DNA of 64,000 bases from Escherichia phage vB_EcoP_IMEP8, in the sequence record NC_070993.1, one strand, 5' to 3'. Each line of letters starts with the position of its first letter. Position 1 is the stretch's first letter. Positions 20,456 through 31,343 of this stretch are shown in pieces. The position numbers were made by a program, and so were the translations under genes. A model generated the notes under the pieces. It worked only from the letters and a program-made list of their open reading frames with translations. It made no database searches and was not told the DNA's origin.

Positions 20456-21490
20456 ATGGCATATGGAATATGGACAACGCCAGTCGGACCGGGACCAGCT
20501 TCTCCGGCTGAGCTTTTTATCGACAGTGATACCACCTTCCCTCAATTTAAGAATAGGGTCAGTGGTAATTATAACTTTAATGGGGGCAGTAGAGATTTCC
20601 CTATTTCTGGATGGGATGGCTCAGGCCAAATCGTTGTAGTTCCAACCGGGTCTTTGTGTTGGCAATGGGAAGTCCCTCCTAACCTTGTCCCTGATGTGTA
20701 TGTTGTAAATAATATTAGTATTGTGAATAACTCAACTTTCAGAGTTAGCATAAATATGAATCCCGGAAGTAACCCATTGTTTGATGTAGCTTTTAATGTA
20801 TATCAAATATGGCCTAGGGCTAACAGAAACTACGGGATAACCTTTTCAAACACAGCTGATTACTTCTCTATATCAGATGCTGGAGTTGTTGGTCAATGTA
20901 TTTGGGCTTGGGAAGGAAATATTAATGGCTCTATGCAAATACCAGCAATCAGTGGTTTTGATATGTCTAGAGCTTCAGTGTTTGCTAACTGGTCTGGAGG
21001 ACAAGGTTTACTCTATGATGCTGGGAGTCGTAATATCAGGGTTTACCAAAACAGAACCTACGATAACGGAAACAACAACCAAACAGGAACAATCAATAAT
21101 GTGAAAGTTGCAGTGTTCTGTAATGGGGCTGGTGTTCCTACTCATAATGGTGGATTAAACATATATTCACCTAATGGTTCTCAGTGTGTATTTTCTACTT
21201 ACAGAACACCTTTTATGGTTGATCGTTTTATGGCTATGAGTGGAGGGAATACTGGACTTACATATCCTATGATACCTCTGACAAACGGAGCAGGTTCTAT
21301 TAGAGGTCAGGCGGGAAGTTGGTATTTCCAACATGCTAGATCTCATACGATGAATGGCTCTTCTTTTGGTACAGGGTATGGTCGATATATGTTCCAGTGG
21401 GATAGAAACTACGATATGGGTGGTGGTGGGGCTATCTCCCTTCAGGTTCCAGTCCTAGATGCTAGGAAAATTTTTAGAAGCATACAATAA
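20456..21490 (+). CDS. virion structural protein (344 aa)
   Basis: ORF from track; tightly packed after previous gene; Gly/Asn-rich beta-type composition. Confidence 0.45.
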   Translation: MAYGIWTTPVGPGPASPAELFIDSDTTFPQFKNRVSGNYNFNGGSRDFPISGWDGSGQIVVVPTGSLCWQWEVPPNLVPDVYVVNNISIVNNSTFRVSINMNPGSNPLFDVAFNVYQIWPRANRNYGITFSNTADYFSISDAGVVGQCIWAWEGNINGSMQIPAISGFDMSRASVFANWSGGQGLLYDAGSRNIRVYQNRTYDNGNNNQTGTINNVKVAVFCNGAGVPTHNGGLNIYSPNGSQCVFSTYRTPFMVDRFMAMSGGNTGLTYPMIPLTNGAGSIRGQAGSWYFQHARSHTMNGSSFGTGYGRYMFQWDRNYDMGGGGAISLQVPVLDARKIFRSIQ

Positions 21491-21499
21491 GGAGAACTT

Positions 21500-22282
21500 A
21501 TGGCAATTAGAATGGGTATAGAAGAACTAGACCCGATGGTTCAACAGGCTTCAAAGAAGTATGGTATACCAGCTGCTTTGATTCATGCTGTAATTCAAAG
21601 GGAGTCTAGTGGTCGTCCTAAGGTAGCTTCCGGAACTGGTCCTGTTGGTTTGATGCAGATCAGTAAAGGGTTAGCTAAAGATTATGGTTATAAACTAGAA
21701 GATAGGCTTGACCCAGCCAAGAATATCGACATGGGTGCTCGCTATATCAGAGACAATCTTAAAGCTTTTAATGGTGATGTTAAGAAAGCAATGGTTGGCT
21801 ATTCAGAAGGTATTGGTGGAGCTAAGCAGATGTTCGCTGGTAAAAGAGGGTTTACCCCTCAGGCTCTTGACTCTATGAACAACAAACACTTCCTTCCTTT
21901 CTATGGTGATGCAGCTTCTCAGATTGCTAATCCTATTGGGGCTTTACAAGCTGTTCAACCAGTCAACCAGTTTAGTCCTGACACTCTAGACAGAGAGAAG
22001 GCTGCACAAGCTCCAACTCAGGCAGAGATTGCTGCTTCTAAGACAGGAGCTTTAGGAGGTAATCCGGTAGAGTTTTACTCTGATGAAGTGCAGGAAGGGG
22101 AAGACCAGAAGCCTCAACAGAACTTTGGTAATGCAGTATTAGGAGTAGCTGCTATGCTTGCTGGTAAACCCCCTACTTCTCAAACAGTTCAGAGGGCAAG
22201 TGCACCACATGCAGCAGGTTCTCAGTACAGTCCACAAACACAAGCAGTGCTCAGGCGTTTGGCTAGCATTGGTGTAAAGTAA
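21500..22282 (+). CDS. virion-associated lytic transglycosylase (SLT domain; 260 aa)
   Basis: Motif IQRESSGRP...GLMQI characteristic of the SLT/goose-lysozyme-like fold; located among internal virion genes. Confidence 0.8.
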   Translation: MAIRMGIEELDPMVQQASKKYGIPAALIHAVIQRESSGRPKVASGTGPVGLMQISKGLAKDYGYKLEDRLDPAKNIDMGARYIRDNLKAFNGDVKKAMVGYSEGIGGAKQMFAGKRGFTPQALDSMNNKHFLPFYGDAASQIANPIGALQAVQPVNQFSPDTLDREKAAQAPTQAEIAASKTGALGGNPVEFYSDEVQEGEDQKPQQNFGNAVLGVAAMLAGKPPTSQTVQRASAPHAAGSQYSPQTQAVLRRLASIGVK

Positions 22283-22301
22283 TAATCTTTAAGGAGGACT
22301 T

Positions 22302-23354
22302 ATGTCTTTATTTGGAAAATCAGCTTCTAGCAAAACCACAGTGGCTCCTTCCTCTCAGGTTGATGCCCTGCTGAAGCAGATTGTTGCTAATGCTCAGAAT
22401 ATGCAGAACAACGATCCGGGATTCATCTCCCAACAGCTGGCTGGGTTTAATGGCAACCAACAGGGTGCTCTGAATAACTTAGCAGCTTCTACAACTCAGA
22501 AGCAATTGGCTGATATGTACACACCTCGTACACAGCAAGGACTGGACCAACTAAACGCTCTTGCTCAACAGTATCAGAATATTGTCAATGGTGGTGGTCT
22601 AACTGCTGATGGTGTTAATAACTTTAGTAAAGGGTTGAATAACTCAGCTCTTGCTCAAGCTACTAGTAAGGCAGCTTCCAATGTATCTCTCGGAAATGGC
22701 TCCGACTCTGGCTCTCTTCGTAGAGCTGCTGCTCAAGGTGCTGCCCTGAACGGTGCTAATACAAACTTAGCTCGTACTATCAGTGGTAAGAACATGGGAA
22801 TCAGTGCTCTTCAACAAGACCAAAACTTCCAGAGAGGCTTACTTGGTGCTCAGTCAGGGTTGGCTGGACAGAATCTCAATCTTGGTGCTCAGGGTGTTCA
22901 AGCAACTCAACAAGCCATCCAGAATCAACTTATGGCTGGTAATCTACAACAGCAGCAAGCTCAGGCTCAAGCTGATATCAATTGGCAGAACGCTATTGGC
23001 TCTCAGCAGTATGGATGGAATCAGCTTAACAACCAACTTAATGTATTAAACAGTGTAAGTCCAATGGCTGGGTATACAATTAAGAATGCCGCTCCGGGTG
23101 TTAATGTAGGACAACAGATTCTTGGTGCTGGTATTACTGGATTAGGTATTGCAGGTCGTATGGGCGCTTTCTCTCCTAACCAACAGACTCAGAATGCTTG
23201 GAGTTCCTATAACAACTCAGGTGGGCAATCTGGAATGGCTGGTCCTATGATTGGAGGTTCTAATCTTTCTCAACAGAAGGGTCAGTCTAACTGGTTATCC
23301 ACAGCAGGTAGTAATATCTTAGGTGGTGTCTTAGGGGCATTTGGAGCAAACTAA
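22302..23354 (+). CDS. Gln/Asn/Gly-rich internal virion protein (350 aa)
   Basis: Low-complexity Q/N/G/A/S composition; position between transglycosylase and large internal protein. Confidence 0.5.
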   Translation: MSLFGKSASSKTTVAPSSQVDALLKQIVANAQNMQNNDPGFISQQLAGFNGNQQGALNNLAASTTQKQLADMYTPRTQQGLDQLNALAQQYQNIVNGGGLTADGVNNFSKGLNNSALAQATSKAASNVSLGNGSDSGSLRRAAAQGAALNGANTNLARTISGKNMGISALQQDQNFQRGLLGAQSGLAGQNLNLGAQGVQATQQAIQNQLMAGNLQQQQAQAQADINWQNAIGSQQYGWNQLNNQLNVLNSVSPMAGYTIKNAAPGVNVGQQILGAGITGLGIAGRMGAFSPNQQTQNAWSSYNNSGGQSGMAGPMIGGSNLSQQKGQSNWLSTAGSNILGGVLGAFGAN

Positions 23355-23366
23355 AGGAGATTTGAT

Positions 23367-24335
23367 ATGGGACTTTTCGGAGGAGGGGGTAGTAAAACTA
23401 CTTCCCAAATGATTCGCCCTGAATACATTCAACAGTATATTGACCAACTTAATAAGCAGATTGGTAATACCAGTTCAGGGGATTATGTTTATCGAGATAA
23501 TGTAGGGTTTAATAACAACCAAACAGAGGCACTTAACAATTTAGCACAATCTGGCGCTCTAGGCACTCTCTCACAGCAATACATGGATGCAGCAGGTCAA
23601 GGCTTGGGTTATCTAGATAATGCCTATAAAGGCTATCAGAGCCTCTCTGGGCAAGGTGGAATTACTGGAGAACAGATTGGTGCTCTCGCTGGTCAACTGT
23701 ATGATGATGACGCTGTGCAAGCAGCCATTACAGCTAATAACGAACAGGTTCAACAGAACTTAGCACGTAATGCTCTTCCTCAGTTAGCTCAACAGTTTGC
23801 TGGTCAACAAGGTTCAGGTGCTCGTATGGCTAAATCTTTTGCCCAAGGTGATGCTCTGAATCAGATGCAAGGTCAAGCAACAGATATCACCAACAGTGCC
23901 TATAACTCGGCTATTAGCCAAGCTGAAAGTATCCTCTCTGGTAATAGACAGAATCAGGCAGCTGCTCTCTCAGGTCTTTCTAATATTGGTTCTAACCTTT
24001 CTAACCTAGGTCAGCAGGGTGCTAATTTGTCTCAACAGCAAATGATGAATCAATGGAATGCAGGGTTGCAGCAACAACAGCAACAACAGAATGAATATGA
24101 TAATGCCTACCAGAATGCTCAGAACGCAGCTAATTGGGGATGGCAGGATATCAACAACCAACTCGGTGCAGCAGGTGTACTTAACGGTGCTCTCGGACAA
24201 ACTACAACTACAAAACAATCCGGTGGTAGTGGTGGCTTCTTAGGTGGGGCTATGAGTGGTGCAGCAGCAGGCTCTGCGTTTGGGCCTTGGGGTGCATTAG
24301 CTGGGGGTGTAATCGGTGGGTTGGCTAGTACTTAA
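23367..24335 (+). CDS. Gln/Asn/Gly-rich internal virion protein, paralog-like of previous gene (322 aa)
   Basis: Similar composition and motifs (NNLAQSG, NQLG/NQLN) to the 22302 gene; Gly-rich hydrophobic C-terminus. Confidence 0.5.
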   Translation: MGLFGGGGSKTTSQMIRPEYIQQYIDQLNKQIGNTSSGDYVYRDNVGFNNNQTEALNNLAQSGALGTLSQQYMDAAGQGLGYLDNAYKGYQSLSGQGGITGEQIGALAGQLYDDDAVQAAITANNEQVQQNLARNALPQLAQQFAGQQGSGARMAKSFAQGDALNQMQGQATDITNSAYNSAISQAESILSGNRQNQAAALSGLSNIGSNLSNLGQQGANLSQQQMMNQWNAGLQQQQQQQNEYDNAYQNAQNAANWGWQDINNQLGAAGVLNGALGQTTTTKQSGGSGGFLGGAMSGAAAGSAFGPWGALAGGVIGGLAST

Positions 24336-24348
24336 TTAGGAGACAAAT

Positions 24349-26004
24349 ATGCAACAGACAACTTACGCTCAGGTCAGAAGTCGTGACCCGAGAAATACTT
24401 TCTATGGTGTTAATCCGGGAGCGGCTTCGGCCTCTCCTTATATGGCTAGACCAACTCAGACAGCAGATATTTCTATGTATCAACGTCCTGCTATACCTTC
24501 ATCTCTTGCAGGTCTTGTCTCTCAGGCAGAAGAAGATCAGAATGCTATGATTAATCCGGGATTCCAGCAACGTCTCATGGAACAGCAGAATCAAGGAACC
24601 CCTACCAGTCTTCAGGGTATTGATATTGGAGCACCAGCTCCTGTAGCGGCTAATCCTAACCTATCCACTGATCAAGGTTTACAGGATGCTGGGCTTATGC
24701 CTAGTGACCCTCTTCCGGTAACACCTCCTCCTAAACCACTAGAAGCTGGTCCTATGGAGTTTACTCCTTCTCAGGTGGAACAGGCACAAGGTGTGATTAA
24801 CACTCTTGCTCAAGGACAAGACACGGGTGATGGGATGACTGCTGCTACTCGTGCTAAAGATCGGGAACGTGTTAACAATGATATCTTGCAAGTTGCGAAA
24901 GCTAAAGACCCTTCAGAAGCTTGGAACAAACTACAGAAAGAGCCGTTCTATCAGAACTCTAGTTTCTACACAGGCTTGATGGGTGTAGGTCTTTCCATTA
25001 TGTCAGGTAAGTCTCCTATCGAAGCTTTCCAGATTGGTCAGGGAATGGCTAATCAAGATGAGACTAAGAAGCAACTGGAAGCTAACCGTGATGCTCTGAT
25101 TGAACAAGGATTCTCTCAAGACTCAATTGCAGCTGCTATTGCTAATGGAGACCCATCCCTGCTTAAGATGAAAGCTGTAGACCCTGCTCAGAAAGAAGCG
25201 TTGTATGCTGCTCGTGAAGAACGACAGAATGCTGAATGGGATAGACGTCAACAGATTCAAGAGCAGACTATGCGTGAGCGTGCTGACGAAACTCGTCGTG
25301 CTGCTGAAGAAAGAGCTAATATGAACTTTGAACGTCAGAAAGAACTTATTGGCTATCGTGATCAAGTTAAAGCTGAACGTGCTGAACAAGCTGCTCAGAG
25401 TTTTAACTTCAACCCGAAAGAAGTTCGTCTTGCTCAGAACACAGCTGAAGGTACAGTTGCTAAGCAGTGGGCAGAGAAAGGTGGTCTGTTTAACCAGTCC
25501 AACAAAGACTTGGATTTGGCTGACAAAGCGGTTAAAGATAAAGACTATCAGACAGCTCGTTCTGCTTACATGCAGGCTATTATGAACTCCGCAAGGGCTG
25601 AAATCGGTGCTACTCGTTCTCTTACCGAAGAAGACTTGGGGCACTTTGCAGAAGACCCGTCAATCTTCGTTCGTGTTGGCAACAAGTTTGCACTGAAATC
25701 TGGATGGCGTCCTACTGATTCTGCTCTTGCTTATGCTCGTAAGCAGGCTAACGTTGGTCACACCTCTGCAATGAAAGGTGTTGCTGATGCTAAGAGAGCT
25801 ACGATTGAAGCTTATATTGGTTCTGGTATGGATAAGAAGAGGGCTACTGCATTGGTCAACCGTGCAATCCCTTCTGGTGGTTTCTATGATCCTCTAGGTG
25901 TTTTCTCTGAACAAGCGGAAGAAGCAGTTGGTGGTGCAGCAACCAATCCTAAGCTTAATGGTGCTTTATCAGCTGTCGAAGACACTAGCTGGTTCACTCA
26001 ATAA
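24349..26004 (+). CDS. internal virion/ejection protein (551 aa)
   Basis: Pro-rich N-terminus, helical charged C-terminal half; position in internal-protein cluster. Confidence 0.5.
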   Translation: MQQTTYAQVRSRDPRNTFYGVNPGAASASPYMARPTQTADISMYQRPAIPSSLAGLVSQAEEDQNAMINPGFQQRLMEQQNQGTPTSLQGIDIGAPAPVAANPNLSTDQGLQDAGLMPSDPLPVTPPPKPLEAGPMEFTPSQVEQAQGVINTLAQGQDTGDGMTAATRAKDRERVNNDILQVAKAKDPSEAWNKLQKEPFYQNSSFYTGLMGVGLSIMSGKSPIEAFQIGQGMANQDETKKQLEANRDALIEQGFSQDSIAAAIANGDPSLLKMKAVDPAQKEALYAAREERQNAEWDRRQQIQEQTMRERADETRRAAEERANMNFERQKELIGYRDQVKAERAEQAAQSFNFNPKEVRLAQNTAEGTVAKQWAEKGGLFNQSNKDLDLADKAVKDKDYQTARSAYMQAIMNSARAEIGATRSLTEEDLGHFAEDPSIFVRVGNKFALKSGWRPTDSALAYARKQANVGHTSAMKGVADAKRATIEAYIGSGMDKKRATALVNRAIPSGGFYDPLGVFSEQAEEAVGGAATNPKLNGALSAVEDTSWFTQ

Positions 26005-26024
26005 GACCTAAGTCCTGCCTTCTA

Positions 26025-26033
26025 TAATGTATA
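26025..26033 (+). promoter_or_regulatory. TAATGTATA promoter-like motif
   Basis: Exact TAATGTATA 39 nt upstream of the ATG at 26072. Confidence 0.4.
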
Positions 26034-26071
26034 TAGGGGGTAGGACATTTTTATTTATAAAAGGAGACGTT

Positions 26072-29000
26072 ATGGCTAACATTAAACCGTGGGAAGAAGC
26101 TTCCAAAGCTCCTGCGTATCTGAATGCCTCTCCGGAGCGACAAGCTCAAATGAGAGAACAATATAAGGCAGCAGGTGGCTCTATTCCTGAGGAACAACCA
26201 GTAGCACAACCACAACAAGAAGAACGTGGTGCTATAGGCGAGTTTGCTCAAGGTGTGTCAAATGCTCTTCAATCTGGTGGTGCAAATATTGCAGCTAGTG
26301 CTGCTAAAGGTATTGGTGGTTTAGTTGAGATTGGTGAGAATCTAGCTGGAGCACAAACTAGTTACGGTAAGCGTATCCAAGAAAACTCTCAGAACCTTCT
26401 GAAAGAACGTATGGATAAGATTGAGGATGGGATTGGTAAAACTGTTGGTCAGTATGCTGGCGTTGCTGGTGACATTGGTATGACTGTTGCTAACCCATTG
26501 GCTGCTGCTGCTATCATCGCAGGTCGTGAGACAGGTCGTGCATATGCAGACCAAACCCCTGAAGAGGGAGAAGATAAGTCTATTCTAGATGCAGCCTTAG
26601 TTGGTGGTGCTAACTATGCGGCTCAGAGAATCCTTCCGGGTGCTGTTGGTACAGCTGAATCCACACTTGGACGTATTGGTCAGAACGTTGCTAGTAACGC
26701 AGTGGCTGGTGCTAAAGGTGGTGCTCTTGTAGGTGCTGCTGAAGCTCAGAACAAGCATGGCGATGACACAACCTTTGCTAATGTATTAGAGGGTGCTATC
26801 GAAGAAGGTGCTATGGGTGCTGCATTCGGTGGTGCAGTTGGTGGGGTTCATGGTTTGATTAGCCGTCCGGATTCTGCTGTCTTCAAGAATACTCCAGAGT
26901 ATGCGAAGACTGATATTGCTGCTGATGATGAACTGATTCGTAGTGCTAAGAATATTGATGAACTGAAAGAGGCTTATTCTAAAGCTGAAACTGCTAACGC
27001 TGCTTCTGCTCTGAATCTTCTGGATGAGAATGGATTCCGTATTACAGATGCTGTTGCTGTAGATTCTCCTGCTGCTCAGCGTATTCTTAATACCGACCAA
27101 GCTCGTGCTGAGAAAGCTGCTTCCGTTCAGAAAGAACATTCCAATATTCCGGGCCTTAATCCTTTAGCTTCTCCTGCTAAGACTCGTGGTAAAGCATTCG
27201 CTGATAACGAGCACAACCAGAAGCAGGCTGTTGCTATGAAGGATGCAATGGCTGACTACACCAAAGACAACACGAAAGCTCTTACAGATGTTCTAGATAA
27301 CCTAGACCGTGAATTAACTTCTCTCCGAGCTTCTGGTGATTTTACTGGTAGTCCAATTGATATTAAGAATCGTACACAAGCTGACCGTGACTTCATTGAT
27401 GCTTACAAGACTTTCTACAACGAAGCAAATCGATTCAAAGCTCGTGAAGGTGAAGATTTTAATAACTTTGTAGAGAAAGCTACTGAACTACAAAAGATGG
27501 CTGATAATGTTTCTCCAGAGATGAAGAAAGCTATCGGTGGGTTGAAGAAACTGAAAGGTATGCCTGAAGGTTTTAATCCTATTCAAGATGCTTACACTCT
27601 GAACAATACAGCTAAATTTATGAGCAACCAAGATCGTGGTTGGACTTCCCTGTCGGATGATGGATTCCGTGAAGCTTCTTCACCTAGTCTGGTAATGAAC
27701 ACTCTCGGTGCTGCTAAGTATGCTCTGAATCGCTTCTCTTCTCAGCGTGCTCGTTCTCAACGTGTTAAGCAACAAGAATCTAACAGTGAAGCTATCCGCT
27801 CTCTGGCTCGTGGTGATTTGGAAGTTGCTCGTGCTAAATCTACTGCTGATGAAGCTCGTGCTAAGATGGAAGAAGAACCAGTTGTTGATGACATTAAATT
27901 TAAGACGCAAAATGACGTGGAAACCGAACCGGTTCGGGAGCCTCCTTCTAGTACTGTGACGGAAGAAAATCTTCCTTCTTCTGCTCCTCAAGAAACTCCT
28001 CTTACAGCTCGTGATTTAGTTGCGCAAAGACGTGCTATCCGTCAGGCTGAACAGCGTCGCGCTGAAGAAGAGGCAGCTGCTGCTCAAGAAGCTCCGGTCG
28101 AACAAGCTCCACAGGCTGAACCTCTCCCTGCTCGTAATCCTTTAGAGGAGCGTCGTGCAATGGAACAGCAACGTGCTCAAGAAGAGGCCGCACAGGCTCC
28201 AGAACCCACTTTAGAGGAACCAACAGTTAAAGCTGAGCCATTACCTGCCCGTGCTCCTAAAGCTCCTAAGGAAGCTGTACAGGACGTTAAACCGGCAAGT
28301 GGTGTAGAACGTTTAGCTGCTATGTCTAGTGCTGCTCGTCAGGCTACCAAAGATCGTGCAGAACGCTTTGCTCGTTCTCTGTACTCTAAGGCTGCTAAAG
28401 CTAAAGCTACTGCTGAAAACTTCTTGGCTTATAAAGGTGATCCTAAGGAATTGATGCGTCGTATTCGTCAGGAAGATAATGCTATCAACACTGAACGTCA
28501 TGAAGAAATGGCTCGTAATCAGCTAGCTTCTCAGCAAGGTATTGCTACTGCTAAGAACAACACTGTACGAACTAATTTTGCTGAATGGGTTAAAGAACGT
28601 GGTCTGCCAGAAGACATTGCTACTAAGGCATTACGTGCTGAAGAGAAAGGTTTAGGTGGGAACGTTACTAACTTGGATAGTCTGAAACGTCGTGCTGAAA
28701 GGTTGTATCAGAAGCAGCGTGAGGATGAATTTGATAGATTGTATCAACAAGCTCTAGAAGAGAACAAAGCTTTCGATAAGAAAGATGCTCCTAAACTGGT
28801 TGACCAGAAGAAAGAGCTTCAGTCTGAGATTGATACTTTGATTGATTCAGAACCTTTACGTCCTGCTCAGAAAGATGCTATGCGTAAGCTGATGAATGAC
28901 TTTGTAGATGGGAAGTTTAAATCTTCAGAGAAGGCTGGTAGGGAAGAGGCTTTGGAAGTTGGTCAGATGAAGGATATTTGGGATGGGTTTATTAACACCT

Positions 29001-30493
29001 ATAACAGAGAAGTGAATGCCTTCAACAAAGCTAACAAGAACTCTCAATACGAAGCTGCTGCTAAACACTTGCAGGCTCGTGAAGAACGTCTTGCTACTCT
29101 GAGAAATAAAGCTCAGGCTCGTTCAGATGCTAAAGCTGCTGTTGAAAATGAACGTAAAACTCTAGAGGCTATTGCAGCTCAGAAGAGTGAGATTGAGAAG
29201 ATGATGGAAGGTTTACCTAAACCTGTTCGTGAAGCTCAGGAATCTCGTACATTGAAACAGTTGGCTGCTCACCATGATAAGAACTCTCCAGTTCCTCCAG
29301 AGAAGTTCCGTAGTTACATTGAACGTATCCATAACGCCGAGTCAGATTACCTTGATCGTCAGCGTCGTTTAACTGATGCAGAGGAAGATGCTCGTCAGGC
29401 TAAGTGGAATAAGATGTATGAGCAAGCGGAAGAGATGGACCGTAAATTTGATATAGACAAAAGAGTTAAACGCAGTGAAGAGCTTAAAGCGGCTCAGAAG
29501 CGTGAGAATGATCTCATGGCAGTACAACGTCAACGTGACGACATTCATCGTCGCCTGATGCATACTTTGGAAGATAAAGGCATATCTAAAGAGGATGCTG
29601 AAGCATTTGCTGGTTCCTACATGGATAACCGTTATGCACTTCTTGATAAGCCTATGACTCCTACTGAACATCAGAATGCTCGTTCTCGTATCGAAGCTGA
29701 TGTTGAGAAGTTTGCTAAGAAGTACGAATCAATGACCCCTATCGAGAAAGAGATTGTTAAGATTACTGGAGATACTGAAGGTAAGCTTGATAACTTGGAT
29801 GCGGATACTAGGAAGGCTGTTGAGGAGGCTCAGAAGGTTGACTCTGATATTAAGAAACTGCAAGAGGAAGAGTTGGAGATGGAGAAGATTCGTTCTGCTC
29901 TGCCTGACGATGAAAAATCTCAAGCAAATTCTGATATCTTGGAAAGTATTAAACAGCAGGAAGAAGTCTTTGCTGATAAAGTAGAGAAAGCTTTCTTGAG
30001 TGGGAAGAGCTTGGATGAGTTGGCTAGTGTGGCTGAAGTTTTAGACAGGGTTCATGGTGCAGACAAGGCTGGTAACAACCGTCGCTTTGTACGTGCATTG
30101 CAGACTGCTGCTGAAAACAAGAAGAAGTATGGTGATAATCCGGTAGCTTGGTTTAGTGCTGATGATTATTCTGCTATTGCTAAACTTGGTGCTTCTTCCG
30201 CAGGTGGTAACAAATCTAGAGCACTGGAGAAAATCTTTGGTTCTACAGCTGAACAGGCTAAGAGTAAGTTGCTTGGCAGGGATGATGTAGCGAAGATGAG
30301 ACGCGTGATTGAAGAGAACCCTGATGTTAAGATTCCTTCTTACAAGACAACGAATCGTACTGAGTACTTGCAGTTCTTGGAGAAGTTTAATGACGAAGGG
30401 AAGCCGAAGATTAAACGTGGCTCATTGTCAGAGAAGCTTGAACGCAGTAAGCGTCAATCGAGACTCCGTGTAAGAGTTCGACCTAAGGAGTGA
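26072..30493 (+). CDS. large internal virion/ejection protein, coiled-coil rich (about 1473 aa)
   Basis: ATG at 26072 preceded by AAGGAG; long A/E/K/R-rich helical regions; last gene of plus arm. Confidence 0.55.
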   Translation: MANIKPWEEASKAPAYLNASPERQAQMREQYKAAGGSIPEEQPVAQPQQEERGAIGEFAQGVSNALQSGGANIAASAAKGIGGLVEIGENLAGAQTSYGKRIQENSQNLLKERMDKIEDGIGKTVGQYAGVAGDIGMTVANPLAAAAIIAGRETGRAYADQTPEEGEDKSILDAALVGGANYAAQRILPGAVGTAESTLGRIGQNVASNAVAGAKGGALVGAAEAQNKHGDDTTFANVLEGAIEEGAMGAAFGGAVGGVHGLISRPDSAVFKNTPEYAKTDIAADDELIRSAKNIDELKEAYSKAETANAASALNLLDENGFRITDAVAVDSPAAQRILNTDQARAEKAASVQKEHSNIPGLNPLASPAKTRGKAFADNEHNQKQAVAMKDAMADYTKDNTKALTDVLDNLDRELTSLRASGDFTGSPIDIKNRTQADRDFIDAYKTFYNEANRFKAREGEDFNNFVEKATELQKMADNVSPEMKKAIGGLKKLKGMPEGFNPIQDAYTLNNTAKFMSNQDRGWTSLSDDGFREASSPSLVMNTLGAAKYALNRFSSQRARSQRVKQQESNSEAIRSLARGDLEVARAKSTADEARAKMEEEPVVDDIKFKTQNDVETEPVREPPSSTVTEENLPSSAPQETPLTARDLVAQRRAIRQAEQRRAEEEAAAAQEAPVEQAPQAEPLPARNPLEERRAMEQQRAQEEAAQAPEPTLEEPTVKAEPLPARAPKAPKEAVQDVKPASGVERLAAMSSAARQATKDRAERFARSLYSKAAKAKATAENFLAYKGDPKELMRRIRQEDNAINTERHEEMARNQLASQQGIATAKNNTVRTNFAEWVKERGLPEDIATKALRAEEKGLGGNVTNLDSLKRRAERLYQKQREDEFDRLYQQALEENKAFDKKDAPKLVDQKKELQSEIDTLIDSEPLRPAQKDAMRKLMNDFVDGKFKSSEKAGREEALEVGQMKDIWDGFINTYNREVNAFNKANKNSQYEAAAKHLQAREERLATLRNKAQARSDAKAAVENERKTLEAIAAQKSEIEKMMEGLPKPVREAQESRTLKQLAAHHDKNSPVPPEKFRSYIERIHNAESDYLDRQRRLTDAEEDARQAKWNKMYEQAEEMDRKFDIDKRVKRSEELKAAQKRENDLMAVQRQRDDIHRRLMHTLEDKGISKEDAEAFAGSYMDNRYALLDKPMTPTEHQNARSRIEADVEKFAKKYESMTPIEKEIVKITGDTEGKLDNLDADTRKAVEEAQKVDSDIKKLQEEELEMEKIRSALPDDEKSQANSDILESIKQQEEVFADKVEKAFLSGKSLDELASVAEVLDRVHGADKAGNNRRFVRALQTAAENKKKYGDNPVAWFSADDYSAIAKLGASSAGGNKSRALEKIFGSTAEQAKSKLLGRDDVAKMRRVIEENPDVKIPSYKTTNRTEYLQFLEKFNDEGKPKIKRGSLSEKLERSKRQSRLRVRVRPKE

Positions 30494-30500
30494 TAAAAGA

Positions 30501-30532
30501 AAAGCCCTCAAGGAGAAATCCAAGAGGGCTTT
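30501..30532. terminator. bidirectional terminator hairpin at the convergence of the two arms
   Basis: AAAGCCCTC...GAGGGCTTT inverted repeat flanked by A/T runs on both sides, between convergent stops at 30493 (+) and 30538 (-). Confidence 0.55.
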
Positions 30533-30537
30533 ATTAT

Positions 30538-30903
30538 TTAACGTCCCCAATCTTTATTGGTAAACGTTTTCAATCTGTGACAGTTCGCACAAAGTGTTTG
30601 AAGGTTTTCTTCTCTGTTATCTTTGTGGTTACCGTTTATGTGATCTACATCTAATTGGCAAGTGTGCTTAGGGATGAAACCGCACATCTCGCACACTTCT
30701 TTCTTAAAGTCTACATATGGTGATTTGTATCTTCTAGTACGCTCTCTGTGTGCATCCATATTCTCATACTCTCTTTTATTACAAGGAGAGCACAATGGTG
30801 CAAACTTTCCACCACCCTTTGATTTCTGAGGGTTCTTGTTGCACAAAACACAAAGACCACGAACATTAGATGGCTCTGTTTTTCTAAACCTCCATGTTCC
30901 CAT
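30538..30903 (-). CDS. HNH endonuclease (121 aa)
   Basis: Cys-rich zinc-finger region plus DVDHINGNHKDN...LCANCH HNH motif. Confidence 0.8.
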   Translation of the reverse strand: MGTWRFRKTEPSNVRGLCVLCNKNPQKSKGGGKFAPLCSPCNKREYENMDAHRERTRRYKSPYVDFKKEVCEMCGFIPKHTCQLDVDHINGNHKDNREENLQTLCANCHRLKTFTNKDWGR

Positions 30904-31343
30904 TAATCCTCCTTGGAAGGGGCTTTATTTATTTCTAGATTTTCTTGTAAGTGATAGTTCCTTCTTTAACAGCTTTATCATAAGCCGCTTTGAACTTTTT
31001 CATCATATCAATTTTGCTCTGTTTTATCTTTTCAAAATCCATCAAATTCATCCTCATACATCCCAATTCTCTTCAGAAATCTGGATGTTCATCTTAAAAG
31101 CATCCTGAGATGCCTCCATAGAACCAATCTGATTTACTGCCAAGGATAACAACTTCTTCATTCATATACCCTCCTAGATTGTGTTTATAAAATTAGTAAG
31201 TTTCTCTTCGCTTTCATCAAAAGCTTTTCCAGCTGCTTCCATCTCCCAAGTCTCGGCATTGTCAATAAAGCTCTGAGCTTCTAATAGATCGTGGATTAAG
31301 TCGAAGAGTTTATTTTTATCTGCTTGTGTGATCATGTCAGTTC

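Noticed and set aside
30836-31108. 90-aa plus-strand ORF just past the arm junction
   Set aside because: Lies opposite the HNH gene and the tiny minus-strand ORFs, in a region whose minus-strand reading frames have RBSs; no RBS or motif for the plus ORF.
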